A stretch of DNA of 64,000 bases, taken from the NCBI GenBank assembly GCA_041661385.1, contig JBAZUP010000001.1, forward strand, positions 354,560-418,559, read 5' to 3'. The position numbers were made by a program, and so were the translations under genes. Shown here piece after piece: positions 19,456 to 27,938 of this stretch (its first letter is position 1; each line of letters opens with the position of its first letter). The notes under the pieces were generated by a model. The model had not been told where the DNA came from, did no database searches, and saw only the letters and a program-made list of their open reading frames with translations. The stretch is from Patescibacteria group bacterium (lineage in GTDB: Bacteria; Patescibacteriota; Patescibacteriia; Magasanikbacterales; GWA2-37-8).

Positions 19456-20832
19456 TTATCTCTTTTTAATAAATCTAAAGCGCCGTCTGTTTATGATATT
19501 TACATGAAAAGGACCACTGCGTGCTACCATTCGGCCTCGGTTTACAACGAAGCATTCAATCCAATGTTTCCCCGAATATGAAGCTTTTTCGTGATTTATT
19601 TTTTGATTCGAAGTCAACTTATTATAGAGATCTTTACCCTTAAAAAATCCACCTCTCAACCCATTATCTTGTTTTGCTTCTATCCCCGTGTTCACGACCT
19701 GCCAAAATATTTCAGAACCTGCCGGCTCATTTAAAGTGATGGCTTCATATTTAAAAGTATTTCCGTCAAATTGAACCGGTCCGTTTGAAGGAATTTCCAT
19801 TAATTTATATCCACTCGAAGTACATTTAATTTTTACTGAACAACCTACATTTGTGATTGGCCATTCTGGCACTTTAAGGTGTTGATAATCTCCAAGCGGA
19901 AACACTGTTTCAGATAGTTGCTTTTCCGCGTCCTTTACAGCAATCAAAAAATCATCGCCAAAAATTTCAGTCCATTTCTTAACTGAACTTTCAAAGTCCG
20001 GATCATCATATGCGTCACTGATCTTTTCGGTATATAATTTAAATTTATCTCTAAAATTTTCATACTTTTCTTGATCCCAATGCCTATTAAAATCTTCACT
20101 CGGGAGGCTTGGATTAACAATTGTAGGCATTACTGGATTTCGCTGTAAATAGTCATTAACACGGTTACAAATATTTTTTAACGTCGTTGGTACATCTGAA
20201 AATATAATAACTGGATCGCTAACATAAACATTTTGACCAAGAAGAGTAGTGAGCAAAATTGATTTTACATTCATTAATTTTGTATCACGAAGATACTTAA
20301 CAAGTCTAACAACTTTAACCAAATTATTTTGTGCAGCAGAATTCTTTGCTGAAAACCATTCCGCGTATCCATCAGCGTCAGTTATTTCGTATTGATTGGT
20401 ATTTTTATTCATGATCTTTTGATTGCCGGCATCATCAACACATGGGATAATATCCATATGAAAATCGGATTCATAATCCAAGGTCACGCAACGAGTTTTT
20501 CCCCGTTTATCAACAATATCTTTATATCTATCAGTTTTGAAAAACTCATCATGAAGAATTGCTAAATAGTCCTTCGGTTCCCATCCATTAACTTTTTTTA
20601 GCTGAAAAAGTAAATCAACATCAAAATCTTTATTATCCATGCATGGCTTTATGATCGTTCCCTGACGATATGACCCTTGAGGTTTTACTGAAATAAAATA
20701 TTTTTTAAAAATGTCATTATTTTTTAGAAATTTTTCTACTGTTTCTATCCCCGTTTTTGCAACATCAATCCTATTTTGATTAAGATTAACTGTATTCTGT
20801 AAAAATATTGAAAACTCGTTAACTAGATTCAT
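19456..20832 (-). CDS. CBASS cGAS/DncV-like nucleotidyltransferase (CD-NTase/SMODS) with a C-terminal AGS-C domain
   Basis: PQGSYRQGTIIKP...DFDVD, third Asp in FHMDIIP, LVKYLRD, KSILLTTL, NPSLPSEDF. C-terminal WQVVNTG.EA...LRG...SYSGKHWIECFVV matches AGS-C. Confidence 0.93.
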   Translation of the reverse strand: MNLVNEFSIFLQNTVNLNQNRIDVAKTGIETVEKFLKNNDIFKKYFISVKPQGSYRQGTIIKPCMDNKDFDVDLLFQLKKVNGWEPKDYLAILHDEFFKTDRYKDIVDKRGKTRCVTLDYESDFHMDIIPCVDDAGNQKIMNKNTNQYEITDADGYAEWFSAKNSAAQNNLVKVVRLVKYLRDTKLMNVKSILLTTLLGQNVYVSDPVIIFSDVPTTLKNICNRVNDYLQRNPVMPTIVNPSLPSEDFNRHWDQEKYENFRDKFKLYTEKISDAYDDPDFESSVKKWTEIFGDDFLIAVKDAEKQLSETVFPLGDYQHLKVPEWPITNVGCSVKIKCTSSGYKLMEIPSNGPVQFDGNTFKYEAITLNEPAGSEIFWQVVNTGIEAKQDNGLRGGFFKGKDLYNKLTSNQKINHEKASYSGKHWIECFVVNRGRMVARSGPFHVNIINRRRFRFIKKR

Positions 20833-20833
20833 A

Positions 20834-22012
20834 TCATGAAGGATTAACTATAATGGTTTCTTCGTAATTTCCTTTATCATTCCTGTCGTAAATAATTAAG
20901 GAAGGCGTAACACCCTTTAGCAACTCCCTACCTATGTGAAAAGCTAAAGAAACCGGAACTGCTGCAAAGACATGCAGTTCTTTTGTACTAGGGTGGAGTT
21001 TCTCAATTTCTCTCAATAGCTGTGCGTATCGTACACGAAAAATTTCGGCAGATTTATTTGATCCAATTATACTCCTAGAACTATCTTCCCCAATGGGATT
21101 AAGCCTATAAATGGTAAAAGATTTACCGATGTTGGCTGGGAGAGCGTTTCGCGCTATTACGCCGCTCGCAGAAATGCAAAGTGCGATTTTATCCTTAGCA
21201 CCGATCTGCTCCACGGTGGATTTAAAATCTATGGAACCTTTTATGGATGGCCATTTCCAACTCTCAGACGAATCCCTGTGCTTTTGATATATATCAATTT
21301 TAATTTTATCGCCAATTTTATTGCCGAAATAAGCTATTAACGGAATCCTGGCGAGCGCAAAAACGGAGATATGCTTGACCGACCCATCTTCAATCGATGG
21401 AAAAATTTTGAGATCGACAACCTTATCAATAATTTTTTTTCCTTCATCCCAGTAATAAGAATCCTTTCCAGCAATTTTAGACAAGTCAATTTCTATACCG
21501 TTTTGTTTCCCAGCCATAAGGTACCGGGGATAACGATTACAAGCTAAAACCGCTTCTCGTATTTCACCATCTGAGACAGAAACTGTACCTCCTCTAATAT
21601 TACCAATTAATCGAATGACTGCTGTTTCCGATTCTGGTCCGAGCGAGGTTTGGTACAAAATCCTATCTTCATGAACTTTTTTATATTCCAAAAGGAGTTC
21701 AACCGGAAAATCTTTCGGAGATTTATCTATAATTTTATTATGATGTTCTGAACAGAGAAGCATCAAATTGCCTACTTTGTTTCTATCCGTGACAGGAAGA
21801 GAACAACTCCCTCGAGGCCCCTTCCGTGACCGTCCAACAACGTGCGCAACATCCCCCAAAAAAAGTTCATTTAATCCTGTAAACTCATCATCCAATAGGT
21901 ACTTATTGCACCCTAAAAATTCACATCTGCCACCCGCTCTAACCCACAGAGCTATTCTCACTGGATTGGATTGTGTTATTGAAGATGCTTTTTCTTCAGT
22001 AGTCTTCGGCAT
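20834..22012 (-). CDS. HNH-SAVED cyclic-oligonucleotide-activated nuclease (Cap5-like CBASS effector)
   Basis: LWVRAGGRCEF..C, VAHVVG, GPRG, NLMLLCSEHH..ID (HNH). SAVED motifs FALARIP, YQKHRD..W.W, LHVFAAVPVSLAFHIG. Confidence 0.92.
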   Translation of the reverse strand: MPKTTEEKASSITQSNPVRIALWVRAGGRCEFLGCNKYLLDDEFTGLNELFLGDVAHVVGRSRKGPRGSCSLPVTDRNKVGNLMLLCSEHHNKIIDKSPKDFPVELLLEYKKVHEDRILYQTSLGPESETAVIRLIGNIRGGTVSVSDGEIREAVLACNRYPRYLMAGKQNGIEIDLSKIAGKDSYYWDEGKKIIDKVVDLKIFPSIEDGSVKHISVFALARIPLIAYFGNKIGDKIKIDIYQKHRDSSESWKWPSIKGSIDFKSTVEQIGAKDKIALCISASGVIARNALPANIGKSFTIYRLNPIGEDSSRSIIGSNKSAEIFRVRYAQLLREIEKLHPSTKELHVFAAVPVSLAFHIGRELLKGVTPSLIIYDRNDKGNYEETIIVNPS

Positions 22013-22014
22013 AT

Positions 22015-22245
22015 TTAATGAACTTTATCCTTTGGCGGACAACTATCGTTGCCGAAACTGTCCTTATCTTTAATTAGACCATGTCGATTGTGATAAACGG
22101 CCTCAACCTCAGCTCTTTTTGCGAGAGTGTGAGTTTTGTCTTCAGCGGCCTCTTGAGTGCGATGAACCGAAACCGGCTTACTTACCCCTTCTTTTTTTAC
22201 AGCCCAGTCACCATCCCAGGGCACACTATGATAATTTTTTGCCAT
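22015..22245 (-). CDS. DUF2188-family small protein
   Basis: HSVPWDGDWAVKKEG...HRTQEAA...HNRHGLIKDKDSFGNDSCPP. Confidence 0.88.
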   Translation of the reverse strand: MAKNYHSVPWDGDWAVKKEGVSKPVSVHRTQEAAEDKTHTLAKRAEVEAVYHNRHGLIKDKDSFGNDSCPPKDKVH

Positions 22246-22259
22246 AAATAAATAATAAA

Positions 22260-22895
22260 TTATTTTTTAACAACTCTAACCACAACGCCATTAACAAAAT
22301 ATTTGCCATCCTCTACATCCTCTTCGTGGATCGTTATTGGCGGTGCGTCGTTATCCGTCTCAGAAATAAGTCTGATTTCATGCTTTGTATTGTCCTTAAA
22401 AAATTTCTTAATATTCGCGGCACCGTCAATTACCGACAAAACATAATTCCCGTTGCTGGGTTTTTGCTTGCATTCAACAACTACATAATCACCGGTTTCG
22501 ATTCCTTCTCCCTTAATGTTAGCGCCAGTCATAGAATCACCCACCGCTCTAACCGCAATGAGTCCGTCCGGCCGATATTGCCCAATTGATTTTTTAGAAA
22601 TTTTTAAATAGCCCTCAATATGAGTTTCGGCTAATTCTGTGGCTGGACCACAACTCGCTGATCCGACAATGGGAATATTAAAAAAGTTATCCACAGTATA
22701 CCCCTGGGGCTTTGCCACCCGCTGACGCTTATTGGAATCAAAATACAACAACCCCTTCTTCTTTAGCTGCTCTAGATTATATATGACGGACTGAGGATGT
22801 TTAACCCCGATTTCACGCATTATTTCCCTGAATTTCATATCAGAAATATCCTTTTTTTTGGCTAATTTTAGTAATTTTTCTTGTGTTTCGTTCAT
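22260..22895 (-). CDS. LexA-like repressor (winged HTH + S24 autopeptidase)
   Basis: N-terminal FREIMREIG..HPQSV.Y.L..L.KKG; IPIVGSASCG cleavage loop; catalytic Ser in GDSM and Lys in NIKKF. Confidence 0.88.
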   Translation of the reverse strand: MNETQEKLLKLAKKKDISDMKFREIMREIGVKHPQSVIYNLEQLKKKGLLYFDSNKRQRVAKPQGYTVDNFFNIPIVGSASCGPATELAETHIEGYLKISKKSIGQYRPDGLIAVRAVGDSMTGANIKGEGIETGDYVVVECKQKPSNGNYVLSVIDGAANIKKFFKDNTKHEIRLISETDNDAPPITIHEEDVEDGKYFVNGVVVRVVKK

Positions 22896-22969
22896 AAACC
22901 TATATTTTATCGGTTTTTTAAATATAATGCCTGCTATAAATTCAGCGGGGCTGATACCCCATCGGTTAT

Positions 22970-22998
22970 AGTATATTATAAATGATTTATAATGTCAA
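22970..22998 (-). promoter_or_regulatory. Sigma70 promoter of the LexA-CBASS operon with a palindrome in the spacer
   Basis: Minus strand TTGACA-17 nt-TATACT; perfect palindrome attataaat-g-atttataat at 22975-22993. Confidence 0.8.
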
Positions 22999-23015
22999 GA
23001 GATTTTTTAACACCC

Positions 23016-23044
23016 TTGACACCAATCAAAACCGAGCGTACAAT
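23016..23044 (+). promoter_or_regulatory. Sigma70 promoter of the lamin-tail-domain gene
   Basis: TTGACA-17 nt-TACAAT. Confidence 0.75.
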
Positions 23045-23076
23045 CTTTATAAGCGCTAAAAACTAACAACACAACT

Positions 23077-23553
23077 ATGAAACTAGTAATTTCCCAAGCC
23101 AAACCAAACCCGACCGGCAAGGACCGTCCCCCGTTTGGATCAATCCTGCCGTTTCAGTTAGCGGCGGAATGGATTGATATTACCAACTCCGACAATGCAA
23201 GCATAAATCTTAATGGCCTTCAAATATATAATCTTTCCTATACGAACGGAACAGCACAATGGAGAATTGTTCGTGAATTTAATCTTGGCAACAAATGCAT
23301 GTTGCCACCGGGAAAAACTGTAAGACTGCACTCTGGAAAAGAAATATCAACAAATACAATGCGAACTGAAGATCAACTCGGCACCAACTACCATCTTTTC
23401 ACCGAATATAATAATTACATTTGGAACAATAAACAAATTGATAGGCCATGTATTTTTAACCCCTCCACAAAAGCAACATTAGACGTAACCCAATATAACC
23501 CGCCTGTCCCCGATGGAAAAATTTTAAAAAGATATGGAGACTTTCTTATTTAA
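23077..23553 (+). CDS. Lamin-tail-domain (LTD)-like protein
   Basis: PNPTGKD, AAEWIDITN...INLNG, LPPGKTVRLHSG, YIWNN..D; no signal peptide. Confidence 0.75.
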   Translation: MKLVISQAKPNPTGKDRPPFGSILPFQLAAEWIDITNSDNASINLNGLQIYNLSYTNGTAQWRIVREFNLGNKCMLPPGKTVRLHSGKEISTNTMRTEDQLGTNYHLFTEYNNYIWNNKQIDRPCIFNPSTKATLDVTQYNPPVPDGKILKRYGDFLI

Positions 23554-23755
23554 CTCTTAAATAATCGCTTGATGATTACAATTTACTTTTGGTAGAGCAA
23601 TCTAAGGAATAAAATGATTTTGATTGGTTTTTAGATACCGTGACTGGTATTCGTTGAAACGAGCGCTCGCCTTTCTACAACACCCTTGGTGTTTTAGTTG
23701 GGCGGGCGCTTTTTTTAAAGGTCGAAAATATAATTAACTAAAAAATTTAATATAT

Positions 23756-25084
23756 ATGATTAATACAAAACTTAACATCGTGGAAGTTCCGGTCAACGAA
23801 CTTCGAGCGTCGGAATACAATCCACGCAAACATTCTAAAGAACAATCCGACCAGCTTAAGAAATCAATTGAGCGCTTCGGCCTCGTGGACCCAATCATTT
23901 GTAATAACGCACCGGAGCGAAAAAATATCATCGTTGGCGGCCACTTTAGAGCCGAAGTAGCCAAAGAGTTAGGCCTGACCACGGTACCTGTAGTGTATGT
24001 CTGTATTACAGAGATACAAAAGGAACAGGAGCTTTCAGTCCGTCTTAACAAAAATACCGGGGAGTTTGACCTTGATCTCCTAGCAGAATTTGACGAAGCC
24101 TTCCTAGCCGATGTCGGTTTTGATAGCGAAGAGATAGATGACATCTTTCCTACTGAGGTAAATACCGAGATGTTTGACTTGAAAAAGGAACTAGAAAAAT
24201 TAAATATCCAAGAAATTACCGTACAGAAAGGAGACACTTACGAATTGAACGGCTCTCGCCTCCGGTGTGGCGATTCAACAATTGAGGCGGATGTTATTAA
24301 ACTTATGAATGGCGAAAAGGCCGACATGTGCTTTACCGATCCACCATATATCCTTGATTACCTCAAAGGTAAAACAAAAAATAAGGATGGAGTGACCGTT
24401 GGCTTTGGCGCTAAAAAGAATCGTCGCTACCTTGAAACCGACGAACTGCCACCAGATTTTACGGAAAAATGGATAGCTAATATTAACAAGGTTGCCAAAG
24501 AGAGCTTTGCCATCATTGTTTATGAGAACTGGAAGAACCTTCGGATTATTTGGGGCGAGCTTGAGAAATATTGGAAAGTAAAAAATATGATTGTTTGGCA
24601 CGTCCCTAATCGGATGCAAGGATTTTCAGCTAAAAATAAATTCTTTAATAAACACGATATTGCCATGGTCGGGGCGTCGGAAGACAAAGCGCTTGAAGCA
24701 GAAGATGAAGGCGAACTGCTTGAAAATGAATATGAGACGGCGCTCTACGCCATTGCTGGCAAGCCACATTGGGAATCCTACGAAACCGGCAAAAAAATCT
24801 GCCCGACCGATTTTATAGATTATAAGGCGGCTGACGAAAAATCATCAGGACAAGGTGTAATCTTTGGAACCAAACCAACCGAAATCCTTATCCCCTACAT
24901 TAAAGTCCTTACCAAGCGAAACGATCTGATCGTTGAACCTTTCGGTGGTAGTGGTTCAACCCTAATTTCAGCGATTAAGATGAATCGCCGCTGTTATATC
25001 ATGGAAAAATCACCAGTTTACACCGAAGTCATTTTGAAACGCTGGGAAAAAGAAACTGGAGAAAGACCAAAGAAAATCAACTAA
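23756..25084 (+). CDS. ParB-like N-terminal domain + N6/N4 DNA methyltransferase (beta-class motif order)
   Basis: YNPRKHS, SIERFGLVDPII, GGHFR; CGDST, FTDPPY, TKP, EPFGGSGST. Confidence 0.9.
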   Translation: MINTKLNIVEVPVNELRASEYNPRKHSKEQSDQLKKSIERFGLVDPIICNNAPERKNIIVGGHFRAEVAKELGLTTVPVVYVCITEIQKEQELSVRLNKNTGEFDLDLLAEFDEAFLADVGFDSEEIDDIFPTEVNTEMFDLKKELEKLNIQEITVQKGDTYELNGSRLRCGDSTIEADVIKLMNGEKADMCFTDPPYILDYLKGKTKNKDGVTVGFGAKKNRRYLETDELPPDFTEKWIANINKVAKESFAIIVYENWKNLRIIWGELEKYWKVKNMIVWHVPNRMQGFSAKNKFFNKHDIAMVGASEDKALEAEDEGELLENEYETALYAIAGKPHWESYETGKKICPTDFIDYKAADEKSSGQGVIFGTKPTEILIPYIKVLTKRNDLIVEPFGGSGSTLISAIKMNRRCYIMEKSPVYTEVILKRWEKETGERPKKIN

Positions 25085-25085
25085 T

Positions 25086-25670
25086 ATGATCGACGACAAG
25101 ACAAAACTAAACCTTCTAAAAGAAATCCAAAAAAACGGTAACGTTAGTTTGTCTTGCATTAGAATTAATATTGATCACGCAACCTATTATCGCTGGAAAA
25201 AAGAAGATAAAGAATTTCGTAAAAAAGCCAACGAGGCTGAAACTATCGGAAGAAAAAATAATTGTGACCTGGCGGAGCACGCTTTAATACTTCTGGTAAA
25301 GGAAAAAAAGATAGAAGCTGTCAAATATTTACTAAGCCACAATTCACCCAGGTACAAACCAAAAACAACGAACGCTGTAATACTACATAAATCTTTACCA
25401 AAATTAGAACCAGTACCGACAAGAACCCTGGAGGATCTGCTGGTCGAGGATGGTGAACAGCGCAGAGAAAGATGCGTTAGTATCCAGAATAAATTTCTCG
25501 CCTTAGGCGGTGTTCCACCTAAGGCTGATGGATCGCCAATTGAATTTCACGAACTAATTGATTATGAGATATATATTGAGGAGTGGTATAAGAAGAAAGA
25601 TATTGATGACGAAAAGAAAAATATACCGACTACTGAGTATCAAAAAATTTCACCATTAACAAACGGCTGA
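25086..25670 (+). CDS. HTH protein resembling terminase small subunit / phBC6A51-type HTH
   Basis: GNVSLSC..INIDHATYYRWKKEDKEF...AEHAL; follows the ParB-MTase gene. Confidence 0.65.
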   Translation: MIDDKTKLNLLKEIQKNGNVSLSCIRINIDHATYYRWKKEDKEFRKKANEAETIGRKNNCDLAEHALILLVKEKKIEAVKYLLSHNSPRYKPKTTNAVILHKSLPKLEPVPTRTLEDLLVEDGEQRRERCVSIQNKFLALGGVPPKADGSPIEFHELIDYEIYIEEWYKKKDIDDEKKNIPTTEYQKISPLTNG

Positions 25671-25673
25671 AAT

Positions 25674-26264
25674 TTATTTATATACTTCAAGTGACCCACC
25701 AAAAGCCGTGACCTCAGCCACCTTTTCATTAGATTGTACATCGCGAATTTCAAGGTGTTTAAAACCAGTTATCTCCTCCTTCAGCATTGCTAGCTTTGCA
25801 AGAATATCTTTTTTGAAAGTAACTTTTTGGGAATACCAAGCAGGACCGACGTAAACGACGCTTGCTGTTTTGGAAAACTCATATGAATCAAAAAGGCCAG
25901 CTTGTTTACCTAGATTAATTAGTTCATCCAGCTCCTTCTGTGCCTCTTCCTTTGGACGGGCTGTCTGCACTGTTGTAACTGCTTCAGTTTTAACTTGACT
26001 ATCCTTATTAACTTGCTCAGGGGTTGTACTCACAACAATTTGTTTATCCTGAATTTTAACTAAGGATTCCGGTTCTTTTTTTACTTCAGGAGCAGCGACA
26101 CCAATCATAATCAGAGAAACAAAACCCAACAAGCCAAATATTAAGGTTAATTTTTTTCTATTTGGCTGTGATTTAAAAAATCTTGTAAACAAAGACGGCT
26201 TGGCAAGACCAATAAACCAAGCAATTATTGATCCAAAAAATATAAAACCAAATAACGTTTGCAT
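25674..26264 (-). CDS. Hypothetical membrane protein (2 TM + soluble domain); start re-placed at ATG 26264
   Basis: MQTLFGFIFFG... The ORF-track 5' extension runs through a structured leader. Confidence 0.7.
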   Translation of the reverse strand: MQTLFGFIFFGSIIAWFIGLAKPSLFTRFFKSQPNRKKLTLIFGLLGFVSLIMIGVAAPEVKKEPESLVKIQDKQIVVSTTPEQVNKDSQVKTEAVTTVQTARPKEEAQKELDELINLGKQAGLFDSYEFSKTASVVYVGPAWYSQKVTFKKDILAKLAMLKEEITGFKHLEIRDVQSNEKVAEVTAFGGSLEVYK

Positions 26265-26289
26265 ACTTATTTTAATAATTAAATAAATA

Positions 26290-26440
26290 AAGCCGACCTT
26301 TAGATAAGCCGGCATGAAACACAAAACCCCACGCCAGCTGGGCTTTTTACGGCCCCATACACCTTTCGATGTATGACTCAACTAAGAATAGCTGAACGTG
26401 GAGTTCAGTGTCTTAGTTGAGTTTCGAAGCACCATGCCTA
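26290..26440 (-). ncRNA. Candidate structured cis-regulatory leader RNA
   Basis: Several helices, some with G-U pairs only on the minus strand, a GAAA tetraloop, mutually exclusive pairings and a terminator-like hairpin. Confidence 0.45.
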
Positions 26441-26639
26441 GAGGTTATCTGGGTTTAGGTACTTGGCCTTCCAGCCTGAATTGTCAATGACATTTTAGCT
26501 AAATTATAGCCAAATGTCCAGCACATAATAGCTTAGAATAGGTGCTTTGCGAAGCTTAGTTATCTACAGTTTGTCTACTAGGGGCTCTGGACTAACTAGC
26601 GGGGTCTGCGTCATTAATGTCTATGAGATAATATAATCT

Positions 26640-27932
26640 ATGGACCAAATCACAGCCCCTCCTACCCAATATTGCCTATACGCCCGTAAGTCGTCCGAAT
26701 CAGACGAAAAGCAGGCCCTTTCAATAGATTCCCAGATCAAAGAGATGACCAAACTAGCCGAACGGGATGGACTCTATATAAAGGAGATTAGGCGAGAAAG
26801 TCATTCGGCCAAGGCTTCGGGGCAAAGGCCGGTATATAACGAGTTGATTGAGGATATTAGGAAAGGGTTATTTACCGGTATTTTAACTTGGGCACCGGAT
26901 CGGCTGAGCAGAAACGCCGGCGATCTGGGGTCGTTAGTTGATCTAATCGACCAAAAACTACTTCACGAAATACGAACCTATGGTCAAAAATTTACCAATT
27001 CCCCTAACGAGAAATTTCTATTAATGATTCTGGGAAGTCAGGCAAAACTTGAAAATGATAACCGAGGCTTAAACGTAAAACGAGGTCTGAGAGCAAAAGT
27101 GGAGATGGGTCTGTGGCCTGGAGTGGCGCCAATCGGGTATTTGAATGAAAAACGAACGGATCGAAAATGCCACATTGTCATAGACCCTTTAAGAGCACCG
27201 ATTGTAAAAAAGATTTTTGAGAAAGCGGCAAATGATGGCTGGAGCGGTCGACAAATTCATGCTTGGTTAAAAAATGATTTAAACTTTAGATCAAAAAACA
27301 ATAAATATTTTGCCTTAAGCAATTTATACTTAATGCTTAGGAACACTTTTTACTACGGGTCACACGAATACCCAAAAGGGAGTGGCAATTGGTATACTGG
27401 GAATCACCAGCCTATTATTTCGAAAGAGCTTTTTGAGAAGGTTCAGGAAAGAATGTTGGATTATCAAGTCGGAAAAAGTAAAAGTAAAGAATTTGCCTTT
27501 ACCAAACTAATCACATGCGGACTATGTGGATCGGGTATTACCGCTGATGAAAAATTTAAAAAACAAAAAAATGGCACCATCCATCGCTACGTATATTATG
27601 GTTGTACAAAATACAAAGACTTAAATTGCAAATTAGGCTATATGAGAGAAGAAGATTTACTAAACCAAATACTTGAACTGATTGACAAAATTTCTCTGGA
27701 GGAGCTCGGGATGAAAGAAAAAATTGTAAAAGAAGTTGAACGGTATCATAAATTTCAATCGGGAGTTATGGGAATCAATCCTGAACAAAAAGAAAAACAA
27801 AAAAGGATTGATATTAAAAATTATGCCAAGTTTATTTTAAAAGAAGGGCAGGTGTTCGAAAAAAGAGATTTGTTGTCAAATTTAAAAAGCCATCTCACCC
27901 TTGAGAATAAATTATTAAACTTAAAAAATTAA
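26640..27932 (+). CDS. Large serine recombinase (resolvase + recombinase + zinc-ribbon domains)
   Basis: YARKS catalytic Ser, SAK...RP, DRLSRN, APIGY, HQPIISKELF, CGLCG...YYGC...C. Confidence 0.95.
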   Translation: MDQITAPPTQYCLYARKSSESDEKQALSIDSQIKEMTKLAERDGLYIKEIRRESHSAKASGQRPVYNELIEDIRKGLFTGILTWAPDRLSRNAGDLGSLVDLIDQKLLHEIRTYGQKFTNSPNEKFLLMILGSQAKLENDNRGLNVKRGLRAKVEMGLWPGVAPIGYLNEKRTDRKCHIVIDPLRAPIVKKIFEKAANDGWSGRQIHAWLKNDLNFRSKNNKYFALSNLYLMLRNTFYYGSHEYPKGSGNWYTGNHQPIISKELFEKVQERMLDYQVGKSKSKEFAFTKLITCGLCGSGITADEKFKKQKNGTIHRYVYYGCTKYKDLNCKLGYMREEDLLNQILELIDKISLEELGMKEKIVKEVERYHKFQSGVMGINPEQKEKQKRIDIKNYAKFILKEGQVFEKRDLLSNLKSHLTLENKLLNLKN

Positions 27933-27938
27933 TTTACT

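Noticed and set aside
23734-24237. 167-aa minus-strand ORF
   Set aside because: Antisense to the ParB-methyltransferase gene.
23756-27932. Intact prophage
   Set aside because: No capsid, portal, large terminase, tail or lysis genes were recognised.
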